Below, one piece after another: positions 36,171-44,281 of a stretch of 44,281 nt of DNA. The position numbers were made by a program, and so were the translations under genes. The stretch lies in the sequence record SRR31156797_3911. One strand, written 5' to 3'. The notes under the pieces were generated by a model. That model did no database searches and was not told the origin of the DNA. It worked only from the letters and a program-made list of their open reading frames with translations. Position 1 is the first letter of the stretch, and every line of letters begins with the position of its first letter.

Positions 36171-37505
36171 TTACTTGTTAACCTGGTTTTCCTCAAGCAA
36201 CTCTTCAGCAATCTTGCCGATTGGTTGTCCTTTATCAAACCCGGTAAAGTTGACAGGTACGACCTGGTGGATCGTGTTAGTGGGGCCTGAAAAAAGTAAG
36301 GGGATATAATTTTCAGAAAAGCCCTGTAAAAGGCCGCTTGCTTTATGGCGCCGCTCCACGAGGACCTGGCACTGGGTTCCAAGTTGGCGTTTGTAAAAGT
36401 TATGGCGTAGTTGTTCATCCAGTTCGCGTAACCGTTTTACCCGTTTACTTTTTACAGGTCCTGGTATTTGATCACGAAATGAGGCTGCCAGGGTACCTTG
36501 GCGTTTGGAGTAGGGAAAAACGTGCAGATAGCTGATTGGTAGATCATGTATGAATTGGTAGGTGTTGTCAGCCTCGGAATCGGTCTCACCGGGGAAGCCA
36601 CCAAGAATATCACAACCTATAGCCGCATGTGGTATGGCCGCATGGATAGACAGGACAGCTTCCCTAAAAGTGGCAGTTGTGTATTGGCGGTACATACGCC
36701 GCAACACGTTTTCATCACCACTTTGGAGCGGGATATGGAGATGCGGCATAAAGTTGTTGTGGGTCACCACCAGGTTCAGTAACTGGTCGTTTACTTCTGT
36801 GGGTTCTATGGAGCTTAACCTGATCCGCATTGTAGGAAATTGTGTACAGAGACAATCAAGTAAAGAGTAGACGGTCTCCCCCTCATCAAGATCAAGGCCA
36901 TATTTCCCGATGTTTATCCCCGTAATGACTAACTCCCGATAGCCTTCTTCTTGAAAAATGGCTGCCTGATGAAGGATGGTCGCTATTTTTTCACTTCTGC
37001 TCGGCCCTCTGGTATAGGGAACGATGCAGTAAGTACAGAAATTATTACACCCGTCCTGGATACGCAGGTAAGCACGGGTACGCCCTGTAAAGCGTTTTAC
37101 CGGTAACTCGCAGATATTCTGTTGATTGCTGATTTTACCCATGAGTACGACCAGGTCTGGAGCCGTTTCCTTGAGGGCAGTGTCCACGATGAGGTGTTTA
37201 TAGTCATTGCCAACCATACAACCTTTGTCGCCGATAATCTCCAGGACAGTTGCAGGATCCATCTGGACGTAACACCCCGTAACAATAACTCTTGCTTGGG
37301 GGTTGGTTTGCAAGGCACGGCGAATAAGCTGACGAGACTGCTGACCGGCTTTAGCTGTTACTGTGCAGGTATTGATAACATAAATATCTGCTTTGTCAGC
37401 AAAAGGTACCAATGTACAGTCAGCTTCCTGAAAGCCGGTTGTAAAAGAGGCTGATTCAAATTGATTGACCTTGCAGCCAAGGGTGGTGATGGCAATTTTT
37501 TTCAT
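36171..37505 (-). CDS. mtaB: tRNA t6A37 methylthiotransferase
   Basis: TLGCKVNQFES, NTCTVT, QDGCNNFCTYC radical-SAM motif, RLSSIEP. Confidence 0.93.
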   Translation of the reverse strand: MKKIAITTLGCKVNQFESASFTTGFQEADCTLVPFADKADIYVINTCTVTAKAGQQSRQLIRRALQTNPQARVIVTGCYVQMDPATVLEIIGDKGCMVGNDYKHLIVDTALKETAPDLVVLMGKISNQQNICELPVKRFTGRTRAYLRIQDGCNNFCTYCIVPYTRGPSRSEKIATILHQAAIFQEEGYRELVITGINIGKYGLDLDEGETVYSLLDCLCTQFPTMRIRLSSIEPTEVNDQLLNLVVTHNNFMPHLHIPLQSGDENVLRRMYRQYTTATFREAVLSIHAAIPHAAIGCDILGGFPGETDSEADNTYQFIHDLPISYLHVFPYSKRQGTLAASFRDQIPGPVKSKRVKRLRELDEQLRHNFYKRQLGTQCQVLVERRHKASGLLQGFSENYIPLLFSGPTNTIHQVVPVNFTGFDKGQPIGKIAEELLEENQVNK

Positions 37506-38575
37506 GAACAAGAGGGAACAGTTGATCTGTGTTGTTGATATTTTTCTATTATACCGCTGCCGATCAGCTTGTCACCATCATAAAATGCAGCATATTGACC
37601 AGGAGTGATTGCCCGTTGGGGTTTTGTGAAGACGATTCTGGCTCGCTTGCTGCCTGCTAGCGTCAGCTTCGCCCTGACAGGGGTATGGCGAGAACGGATT
37701 TGGACAGCACCTTGCCACGGAAAAAGAGCTGGTTTCCTGTGCCATTGCAGGGAATGAACCGTAAGCGCCTCATGCAGGAGTTCCTCATTTTTGCCGATGA
37801 TAATTTGATTGTTGGGCGGGTCAATGGCGGTGACGTACCAGGGAGTTGTATCCGGTACCCCAAGCCCCCTGCGCTGGCCAATGGTGTAGTGCCAAATTCC
37901 TTGGTGGTTGGCGAGGTGAGTGCCATTGGAGGTGATAATTTTACCGCGGCGCTCTTTCAGTCCCCGGGAAGAAAGAAAAGAATGAAGGTCGCCGGGAAGA
38001 AAACAGACGTCCTGGCTTTCCTGGCCTTGGAAATCAAATCCCATGGATTTTGCTTTTTGATAGGTCTGTTGTTTGCTCCATTGGGCAAGAGGAAAAATGT
38101 GGTCATCAAGCTGGTGTGACTTAACCCGGCAGAGGAAGTAGGACTGGTCTTTGAAAGAGTCCGGTGATCTGGTGATTATTGACTGCCCTTGGTCGGCGGT
38201 AATCTGCGCATAATGACCAGAGGCTGTTTTTCTCATTCCGAGAGCTGTCATGGCACGTAGGAATGAACCGAATTTAATATATTGGTTACAATAAATACAT
38301 GGGTTGGGCGTCAACCCATGTTGATAGGCTGAGAGGAAATAATCGATTACAGTATCTGTAAAGTGTTTTTCCAGTTCAATAAACTGGAGTGGTATCCGTA
38401 AAGTTTCTGCCACTCTCGAAACTCTTTCTTGTTGAGCTTCCAGTTCTGGGACGGGGAGAAGCATGAAAAAACCGTAAACGGCATACCCTTGCTCTTTGAG
38501 AAGAGCAGCCGCAACCGTAGAGTCAACGCCTCCACTCATCGCCATACCGATTTTCAATTTTTTGTTGTTGCCCAT
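37502..38575 (-). CDS. mnmA: tRNA 2-thiouridine(34) synthase
   Basis: MSGGVDS, TPNPC..CN..IKFG, SGHYA, KDQSYFL, ESQDVCF, TIGQRRGL, TPGQ. Confidence 0.95.
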   Translation of the reverse strand: MGNNKKLKIGMAMSGGVDSTVAAALLKEQGYAVYGFFMLLPVPELEAQQERVSRVAETLRIPLQFIELEKHFTDTVIDYFLSAYQHGLTPNPCIYCNQYIKFGSFLRAMTALGMRKTASGHYAQITADQGQSIITRSPDSFKDQSYFLCRVKSHQLDDHIFPLAQWSKQQTYQKAKSMGFDFQGQESQDVCFLPGDLHSFLSSRGLKERRGKIITSNGTHLANHQGIWHYTIGQRRGLGVPDTTPWYVTAIDPPNNQIIIGKNEELLHEALTVHSLQWHRKPALFPWQGAVQIRSRHTPVRAKLTLAGSKRARIVFTKPQRAITPGQYAAFYDGDKLIGSGIIEKYQQHRSTVPSCS

Positions 38576-38802
38576 TTGTCAGTGTTTTTTTATGAACACC
38601 CTCTTTGTCTTTGTGCATCAAGGGAAGGGAAACAGGTGATACACTTAGGGTGACAGGATTAGTGGGAGAAAGAGCCGCTGAAGTGGAAGTACCGTATAGA
38701 GAGAAGAACCGTCAGGCTACTTGGCGGTTACATAGAAACAGAACCTGTGCTGCTAAATACACCACAGCTTATGCCACGGTGCCTGCGATAAGTGGTGGAG
38801 GG

Positions 38803-39174
38803 TTAGAGCAAGGACCTGAGTACTTCGCATTCACGACAAACACTCATTTTTTCTTTCCATGTCTTTTCCGCTGTGCAATCACAAAGGGTACCACTTAGAA
38901 ACCAACAAAGATGACCGGCTTGAAATTCCCAGGCGGGACATTTCTTTTTCTGGTCACATTTTTTTAGGGTCCAGCAGTCCTTACGCTTCTGTTGAGTTTT
39001 ACCTCGCTGGTTAACCAGTAAGAAGTAAAGTTGCCGTTCCACATGGATCGGAATTGAACGCCAGCCTTGCTCGTAACTTTGCACGGCCTTTAATGAAACC
39101 CCAAGAAGTGCAGCAAGTGTTTTCTGGGTTTTACCTAAAGTGGCTCTAAATTGAATAAATGTTTCACGATCCAT
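38803..39174 (-). CDS. XRE-type HTH regulator with a Cys/Trp-rich C-terminal domain
   Basis: TQKTLAALLGVSLKAVQSYEQGWR HTH; CW..KKC....CPA.......CW...GTLC.C...C..C. Confidence 0.8.
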   Translation of the reverse strand: MDRETFIQFRATLGKTQKTLAALLGVSLKAVQSYEQGWRSIPIHVERQLYFLLVNQRGKTQQKRKDCWTLKKCDQKKKCPAWEFQAGHLCWFLSGTLCDCTAEKTWKEKMSVCRECEVLRSLL

Positions 39175-39411
39175 ATTTTTTCCTAACTTTCAATCTTAAT
39201 AGTTCTATCAATACCACAAGGTGCTGGAGGCAGCAATTTATTTCTTTCTTTGATGGGGCAGCTTTTTAATAATTAGGACGCCCCCATTAATTGAAGGAAA
39301 AAGTCATGTCCTTCAAGTATGAGATTGTGTAGTTTGCTACAAGCAATAACAGGCAAAGGACCTTTAGTTGTAACTTTCTTTTTAACACAATTACGAAGGT
39401 GATATTTTATA

Positions 39412-39795
39412 ATGTCTGAGCAACCAGGTACGAACAAACCGCATGGGGCGGGTTACTCCCGCGTGATCAAGGCCTTTTATTGTTCTCTTGCCGGAATAAG
39501 GGAGGCTTGGCATCACGAGGCTGCTTTTCGCCAGGAAGTACTGCTTTGTATGCTGCTTTTTCCCGTAGCTTTTTTATTGGGTAATAACGGTGTTGAGAAA
39601 GCACTTCTAGTCAGCTGCCTTTTTCTTGTTCTCATCACGGAAATTATGAATACAGCTATTGAAGCAGCTATAGACAGGGTTGGTCCTGAACGAAATCAAT
39701 TGTCCAAGCTGGCCAAGGATCTCGGGTCTTCAGCTGTTTTTTTATCAATAATACATTGTGCCGTGGTCTGGTTGGTTATTTTTTTAAGTGATTAA
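39412..39795 (+). CDS. dgkA: Diacylglycerol kinase
   Basis: EAAFRQE, EIMNTAIEAAIDR, AKDLGSSAV. Confidence 0.93.
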   Translation: MSEQPGTNKPHGAGYSRVIKAFYCSLAGIREAWHHEAAFRQEVLLCMLLFPVAFLLGNNGVEKALLVSCLFLVLITEIMNTAIEAAIDRVGPERNQLSKLAKDLGSSAVFLSIIHCAVVWLVIFLSD

Positions 39796-39925
39796 AAGAA
39801 TGGAGTTTTTTTGCCCTGATCATTTGACTCGGAGAATAAAGTTGTTATAATAATAATAGGTTTGTGGACAGTGAGCTGCTGGTACGAGCTACTGATATCC
39901 GTTTCACTAACGAGAGGAGGTGTAA

Positions 39926-40213
39926 ATGGCTGTAAAAGTATTGATCAGAAGAAACGTGTCCGACGATAAGCAAACAGAACTTTCGGGATTACTGCGAGAG
40001 CTCAGAACCTTAACCACAAATAGAAAAGGCTATATTTCTGGAGAAACTTTTGACCGTTTTGATAAGCCCGGGGAAAGTTTGGTTGTCAGCACTTGGCAGT
40101 CTGCTGATGATTGGCGTGAATGGGTGCTCTCTCCAGAACGTCAAGCGCTGCAGGGTAAGATTGATGCCTTGCTTGGTAAAGAAACCACCTATGAAATTTT
40201 TGAGTATGCATAA
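39926..40213 (+). CDS. Antibiotic-biosynthesis-monooxygenase (ABM) family protein
   Basis: GYISGET, LVVSTWQS..DW..W..SPER; GAGGAGG RBS. Confidence 0.85.
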   Translation: MAVKVLIRRNVSDDKQTELSGLLRELRTLTTNRKGYISGETFDRFDKPGESLVVSTWQSADDWREWVLSPERQALQGKIDALLGKETTYEIFEYA

Positions 40214-40285
40214 AGCTGTCAGTATGTTTTAAACTAACTATGAAGGAGCTGTAACCGGCTGCCTGAAAATGGTTGAGTCGATGGT

Positions 40286-40323
40286 AACGGTCTATTGCAT
40301 TTGATTAACAATAGGCCGTTTTT
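40286..40323 (+). terminator. Probable intrinsic terminator
   Basis: AACGGTCTATTG...CAATAGGCCGTT-TTT. Confidence 0.6.
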
Positions 40324-40687
40324 ATATTCTTCATTTCTCCAAAGTTAAAGGAAGGAATGTAACTCAGTCAAACAAAATGGCAGTACCATAAATACACAGT
40401 CCATTGTTATAATAAACATAATTCCACTTAACGGGAATTGTCCTTTTCCTTCCTGCCTAAATCAGTCAAGCAACGGTCATACAAATTCGATTATGGCCAT
40501 CACGAAACCTAACGCATCGCTGTAGCCCTTGCGTTTAGGTGGTAGAGTTTGATTCTGCCTGCATTAACGGCGAAATTCTCCCCTTGCCCGGAAACAGGGA
40601 ATAAAGAGGTGGCTGTAACTCTTCTGAAAACCTGAAAAAAAAATTTACATTTGTCTGAAATTACTTATATTATTTGTAAAGGTGCTA

Positions 40688-40915
40688 TTAGTCCGTATTT
40701 CTCATCAGTTCAGGCGGTGCCAGGTTCATAGTTTTTGGTAGTAAATCATAGTGGACTTTTTTTACTGCCAACGAACTGAAGAAGATGGTGCCGCATGGCA
40801 CTGACTTTTGATGAGCCTTTTGTTCATTTTATATCTGGTTAATTTTAATAGTACAGATTTGAAATAACAGATTTTTTAGAAAATGAACAAAATGCTCATG
40901 AGAAATTTAGGTTAG
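40688..40915. mobile_element. MITE-like element, copy B
   Basis: TTAGTCCGTATTTCTCAT...ATGAGAAATTTAGGTTAG terminal inverted repeats with TTAG at both ends; two internal hairpins; similar to 12356-12594. Confidence 0.65.
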
Positions 40916-41028
40916 ACCAAGAAATGGAGAGCAGGGTACTTACCTTTCTATTTTGATAAGAGCATCATGACGGAGACTGCGGACCCCGTTCTTAGGTGGG
41001 GTAAGACTACAACAGGAGAGGATGCGAT

Positions 41029-42207
41029 ATGAGCAGCGAAGTGCATGTGAAAAACATCGGCTTGCGGGGGGTAACTGTCGCCGATTCGGCAATTAGCTTC
41101 ATAGATGGTGAAAAAGGCGTACTCATTTATCGCGGCTACCGCATAGAAGATCTTGCTGACAATTCCTCATACATGGAAACAGCGTACTTGTTGCTCCATG
41201 GGACCTTGCCAACCATTGAACAGGAGCAGAGGTTTATTGAGCAGGTCAAAGCTGCTCGACAGGTTCCTGATTTTGTTTATCAGAGTATGAAGCAGCTGCC
41301 AGTAGATGCGGAACCGATGGACATCTTACAGGCCGTTGTCCCTATGCTGTCCATGGCTGATGAGTATGGGGATATTTTTGAAAGAAAGATAAATATAGAT
41401 CGCTCCATCGGTTTAATCGCCAAATTACCAACCATAACTGCAGCCTGGCATCGGATTCGAAATGGTTTGGAACCTTTACCACCAGACGAAAGCCTCGATC
41501 ATGCGGCCAATTTTTTATGGATGCTGCAGGGGGAAAAACCGGATGCAGCAACTGCCCGTGAACTGGACATTTGTCTGGTGCTGCATGCAGACCATACCTT
41601 TAATGCTTCGACCTTTGCCGCCCGGGAAGTGGTTTCTACTAGGGCTTCGCTTTATGCAGGAGTTGCTGCAGGGCTGGGGGCCCTCTCTGGCAGTTTGCAC
41701 GGCGGAGCCAATACCAGGGTTATGAAAATGCTGTTAGAGCTGGAGCATGAGCCAGATATAGCGGCCTGGGTTAAGGATTGGTTAGCAAAGGGACATAAGG
41801 TTATGGGGTTTGGGCACGCAATCTACAAGACCGGCGACCCTCGAGCTGTGTACTTGAAGAAAATGGGGAAGAGGCTAGGGGAGCAAACCGGAGAAAATTG
41901 GTTCACTATCTCTGAACAGGTTGAGCGAGCAACCCTTGCAGAGTTTGCTCAGAAAGGTAAAACAACCATTTTGCCCAACGTTGATTTCATGAGTGCTCCT
42001 GTCTATTACATGATGGGCATCCCCATGGACCTGATGACTCCTATTTTTGCTATCTCCAGAGTAGCAGGATGGTGCTCACATATAATTGAGGAGCAGTTTG
42101 CAGATGCCCAGGAAAAACCGGCTCTCTATCGGCCCAAAGCACAATATGTGGGCGAGTACTGTGGTTTAATGGGATGTGAATACTCACCGCCTGCTGAGCG
42201 AAAGTAA
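41029..42207 (+). CDS. gltA: Citrate synthase (Si-type, citrate/methylcitrate synthase family)
   Basis: GLRGV, YRGY, HADHTFNASTF, LSGSLHGGAN, MGFGHAIYK.GDPRA, PNVDF, SRVAGW. Confidence 0.9.
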   Translation: MSSEVHVKNIGLRGVTVADSAISFIDGEKGVLIYRGYRIEDLADNSSYMETAYLLLHGTLPTIEQEQRFIEQVKAARQVPDFVYQSMKQLPVDAEPMDILQAVVPMLSMADEYGDIFERKINIDRSIGLIAKLPTITAAWHRIRNGLEPLPPDESLDHAANFLWMLQGEKPDAATARELDICLVLHADHTFNASTFAAREVVSTRASLYAGVAAGLGALSGSLHGGANTRVMKMLLELEHEPDIAAWVKDWLAKGHKVMGFGHAIYKTGDPRAVYLKKMGKRLGEQTGENWFTISEQVERATLAEFAQKGKTTILPNVDFMSAPVYYMMGIPMDLMTPIFAISRVAGWCSHIIEEQFADAQEKPALYRPKAQYVGEYCGLMGCEYSPPAERK

Positions 42208-42252
42208 GGGGGCGTGAAAAAGTATTTACCTGTTATGCTTTTATAAAGGTTG

Positions 42253-43980
42253 TCACCAAGTCTGAGAAGTTAAGTTAACGATGTTCTGTGTTATCAGGTG
42301 AATACAGGCATCAACGCTTGCTGGGTGATATTTGACTCCTCGGCCTGCCCGTATCTCATTGAGTGCTGCTTCTATGCCAAGCGATGGGCGGTAAGGCCGA
42401 TGGGAGGATATGGCCTCCACCACATCGGCTACGGTCAGGATTTTTGCTTCCAGTAGAATCTCCCCATCTTTAAGACCGCGCGGATAGCCAGAGCCATCCA
42501 GCACTTCATGGTGCTGGTATACAATTTGTGCTACCGGCCATGGAAACTGAATATTTTTCAGTATCTCATACCCCACTTCCGTGTGGCATTTAATGATTGC
42601 CCGTTCTTGGCTGGAAAGGGCAGTTGGTTTGGCCAAATACTCGGCCGGTAGTGATATTTTCCCTATATCATGCAGAATGGCTGCAAAATGCAGCCCCTCT
42701 ATCCGGTCATCACTCAATCCCAATTCTCTGGCAATGGCACATGCCAGCTCATCAACTCGGAGTTGATGACCGGCTGTATAAGGGTCACGCTTTTCCGCCG
42801 CTGATGCGAGCGACTTGACAGTTTGCTCCAAACTTGATCGCAACCTCTCGCTACTTTTTTTCAGTTGCTGCATCACAGCCTTTCGTTCGGTAACATCCCG
42901 AGCGACTCCTCGGAACACAGTAAATCCTTCGCTGTCACTTATGTCACAGATGGGGATGGCATTAAATTCAATGACCACTTGCTGGTTGTCTTTTGCCAGA
43001 CAAGTTACTTCAAAGCCGTGAAATGGTGTTTCCTTGACAAGCAGGTTCTGAAAAGAGCTCTCGATATGTTTTTTTTCCTTGGCAATACAGAGATCGACAA
43101 GGGTTTTACCCAGGATGTTTTCGGCTGTATAGCCAAGTATATTTCTAACGTTAGGGCTTGAATAGGTGAAATATCCGGTATGGCTCATTTCCCAGATCCA
43201 GTCACTTGTTGTCTCCACCAGAGAGCGGTAACGTTCTTTACTTTTTTCAATATCCTTAATCAGGCGCCCTCGCTCCTCCCAAATACGAACACGGACTCGG
43301 TCTGCCAGGATCGTATGACGAATACTGTAGAGAGCCAACAGGATAGCTGCGACCAGAAACAGGGTGGAGACAGCGGTTAATCGTTTCCGTATTTTCGCAA
43401 CCTCGGCCTGGACTTCTTCGAGGTAAACTCCGGTACCAAGTACCCATCCCCATGGTTCGAAAAATTTTACATAAGAGAGCTTGGGCAATATTTTTTCAGG
43501 TGAATCCAGCCATTGCCACATATATTCAACATAGCCTGCTCCCTGCTGCTGGGCAATTTGGACAAATTCGACAAATATTCGTTTTCCTGTAGGATCCTCA
43601 AAAGTGGTGCTGTCATCTCCTTCCATATCTGATCGATACGGATGCAAAACCAGTCGATGCTCCAGGTCGTTAATCCAGAAATAATTCATGGCATTGTCGC
43701 CATAGCGGAAATGACGAATAAGGTCAATTGAGTGACGCTGAGCCTCCTCACGGGTGAGAATGCCGTCCTGTTCCCAGGAGTGATGCGTGGCAAGAACATT
43801 CCAGGAAGTCTCTATGAGTTCCTTGATCATTTCACGCTTACCAGCCATGAAACTCTTTTCCAGGGAAGGGAGAATGACCAGAAAAATAGAGACGATAAAA
43901 AGAAGAATGGTAAGCAGTGCCGGTAAGGCAATACGTAGGGAAATAGCTCTTGAAAGCCTTTTCATCCCTTTATTTTCCAT
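42253..43980 (-). CDS. Membrane Cache_2 + PAS + HD-GYP c-di-GMP phosphodiesterase
   Basis: TM-Cache (YFWIND, HPY, KLSYVKFFEPWGWVLGTG)-TM, PAS, HDIGK, HHEVLDGSGYP, HRPYR; start ATG 43980 after AGGAG. Confidence 0.9.
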   Translation of the reverse strand: MENKGMKRLSRAISLRIALPALLTILLFIVSIFLVILPSLEKSFMAGKREMIKELIETSWNVLATHHSWEQDGILTREEAQRHSIDLIRHFRYGDNAMNYFWINDLEHRLVLHPYRSDMEGDDSTTFEDPTGKRIFVEFVQIAQQQGAGYVEYMWQWLDSPEKILPKLSYVKFFEPWGWVLGTGVYLEEVQAEVAKIRKRLTAVSTLFLVAAILLALYSIRHTILADRVRVRIWEERGRLIKDIEKSKERYRSLVETTSDWIWEMSHTGYFTYSSPNVRNILGYTAENILGKTLVDLCIAKEKKHIESSFQNLLVKETPFHGFEVTCLAKDNQQVVIEFNAIPICDISDSEGFTVFRGVARDVTERKAVMQQLKKSSERLRSSLEQTVKSLASAAEKRDPYTAGHQLRVDELACAIARELGLSDDRIEGLHFAAILHDIGKISLPAEYLAKPTALSSQERAIIKCHTEVGYEILKNIQFPWPVAQIVYQHHEVLDGSGYPRGLKDGEILLEAKILTVADVVEAISSHRPYRPSLGIEAALNEIRAGRGVKYHPASVDACIHLITQNIVNLTSQTW

Positions 43981-44199
43981 ATGAAATCTCCTGTGAGGAG
44001 CTCTTCTGCGCCCATCGCACATAGAGTGTATGTTTAATTAATAGACCTTTTAATAAGTATGTATCAACAACTCAATATAATCAATGACGATTTCCCCTTC
44101 CTGTTCCCAAACAAAAATCCTCCTTTGGTGACAGATAGAATCCAAGGAATGATTCATCATACATTTTACTTGACTTCTTGAAGGTCTTTTTGTTTTAGT

Positions 44200-44281
44200 A
44201 ATTAGGTACATTTCAGGATCCTTAATGGATGAAAAGGGAACTCCGTGCGAATCGGAGACGGGCCCGCCGCTGTAACCGGGG
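44200..44281 (+). ncRNA. Cobalamin riboswitch (5' part, truncated by the window end)
   Basis: TAGGT...GAAAAGGGAA-CTCCG-TGCGAAT-CGGAG-ACGGGCCCGCCGCTGTAA matches the conserved B12-element core. Confidence 0.88.

Noticed and set aside
39160-39175. TGTTTCACGATCCATA as a second parS
   Set aside because: Only the left half matches, and it lies in the first codons of a CDS.
2802-43984. Numerous short ORFs overlapping well-supported genes (e.g. 2802-3386, 6722-7165, 24594-25196, 36134-36418)
   Set aside because: Antisense or alternate-frame shadows of conserved genes with no independent evidence.
1-44281. CRISPR arrays, tRNA/rRNA genes, intact transposases, prophage or defence genes
   Set aside because: None recognised on reading: no regularly spaced repeats, tRNA cloverleafs or intact integrase/transposase ORFs were seen.

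Overview
Core-chromosome window of a Desulfobacterota bacterium; gene content suggests Desulfobulbales (Desulfocapsa/Desulfotalea-like), which is an inference. It is probably origin-proximal: there is a DnaA-box-like cluster at the left edge, and parA-parB with a perfect parS at 24078. Contents: a YeeE/YedE + TusA + DsrE-like sulfur-trafficking cluster (YTD-like), gatCA-hisC-cmk, an oxygen-defence cluster (Fur-wHTH fusion, desulfoferrodoxin, rubredoxin, FprA), pal, a polar amino-acid ABC transporter, arfB, bioC/bioD, nadB, an M16C peptidase, dtd, rsmE, folA, panE, recA-cinA-mtaB-mnmA, dgkA, citrate synthase, two HD-GYP proteins and the start of a cobalamin riboswitch. The standout feature is absent from the ORF track: a 111-aa minus-strand gene (31958-31623) with three in-frame UGA codons. 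Each UGA sits in an S-G-UGA motif and is followed by a SECIS-like hairpin, indicating a predicted triple-selenocysteine, SbtA/'selenobiotic'-like secreted peptide precursor with no maturase nearby. Also found: a MITE-like family with YTAR ends, two other small genes missed by the ORF track, and several candidate structured RNAs.
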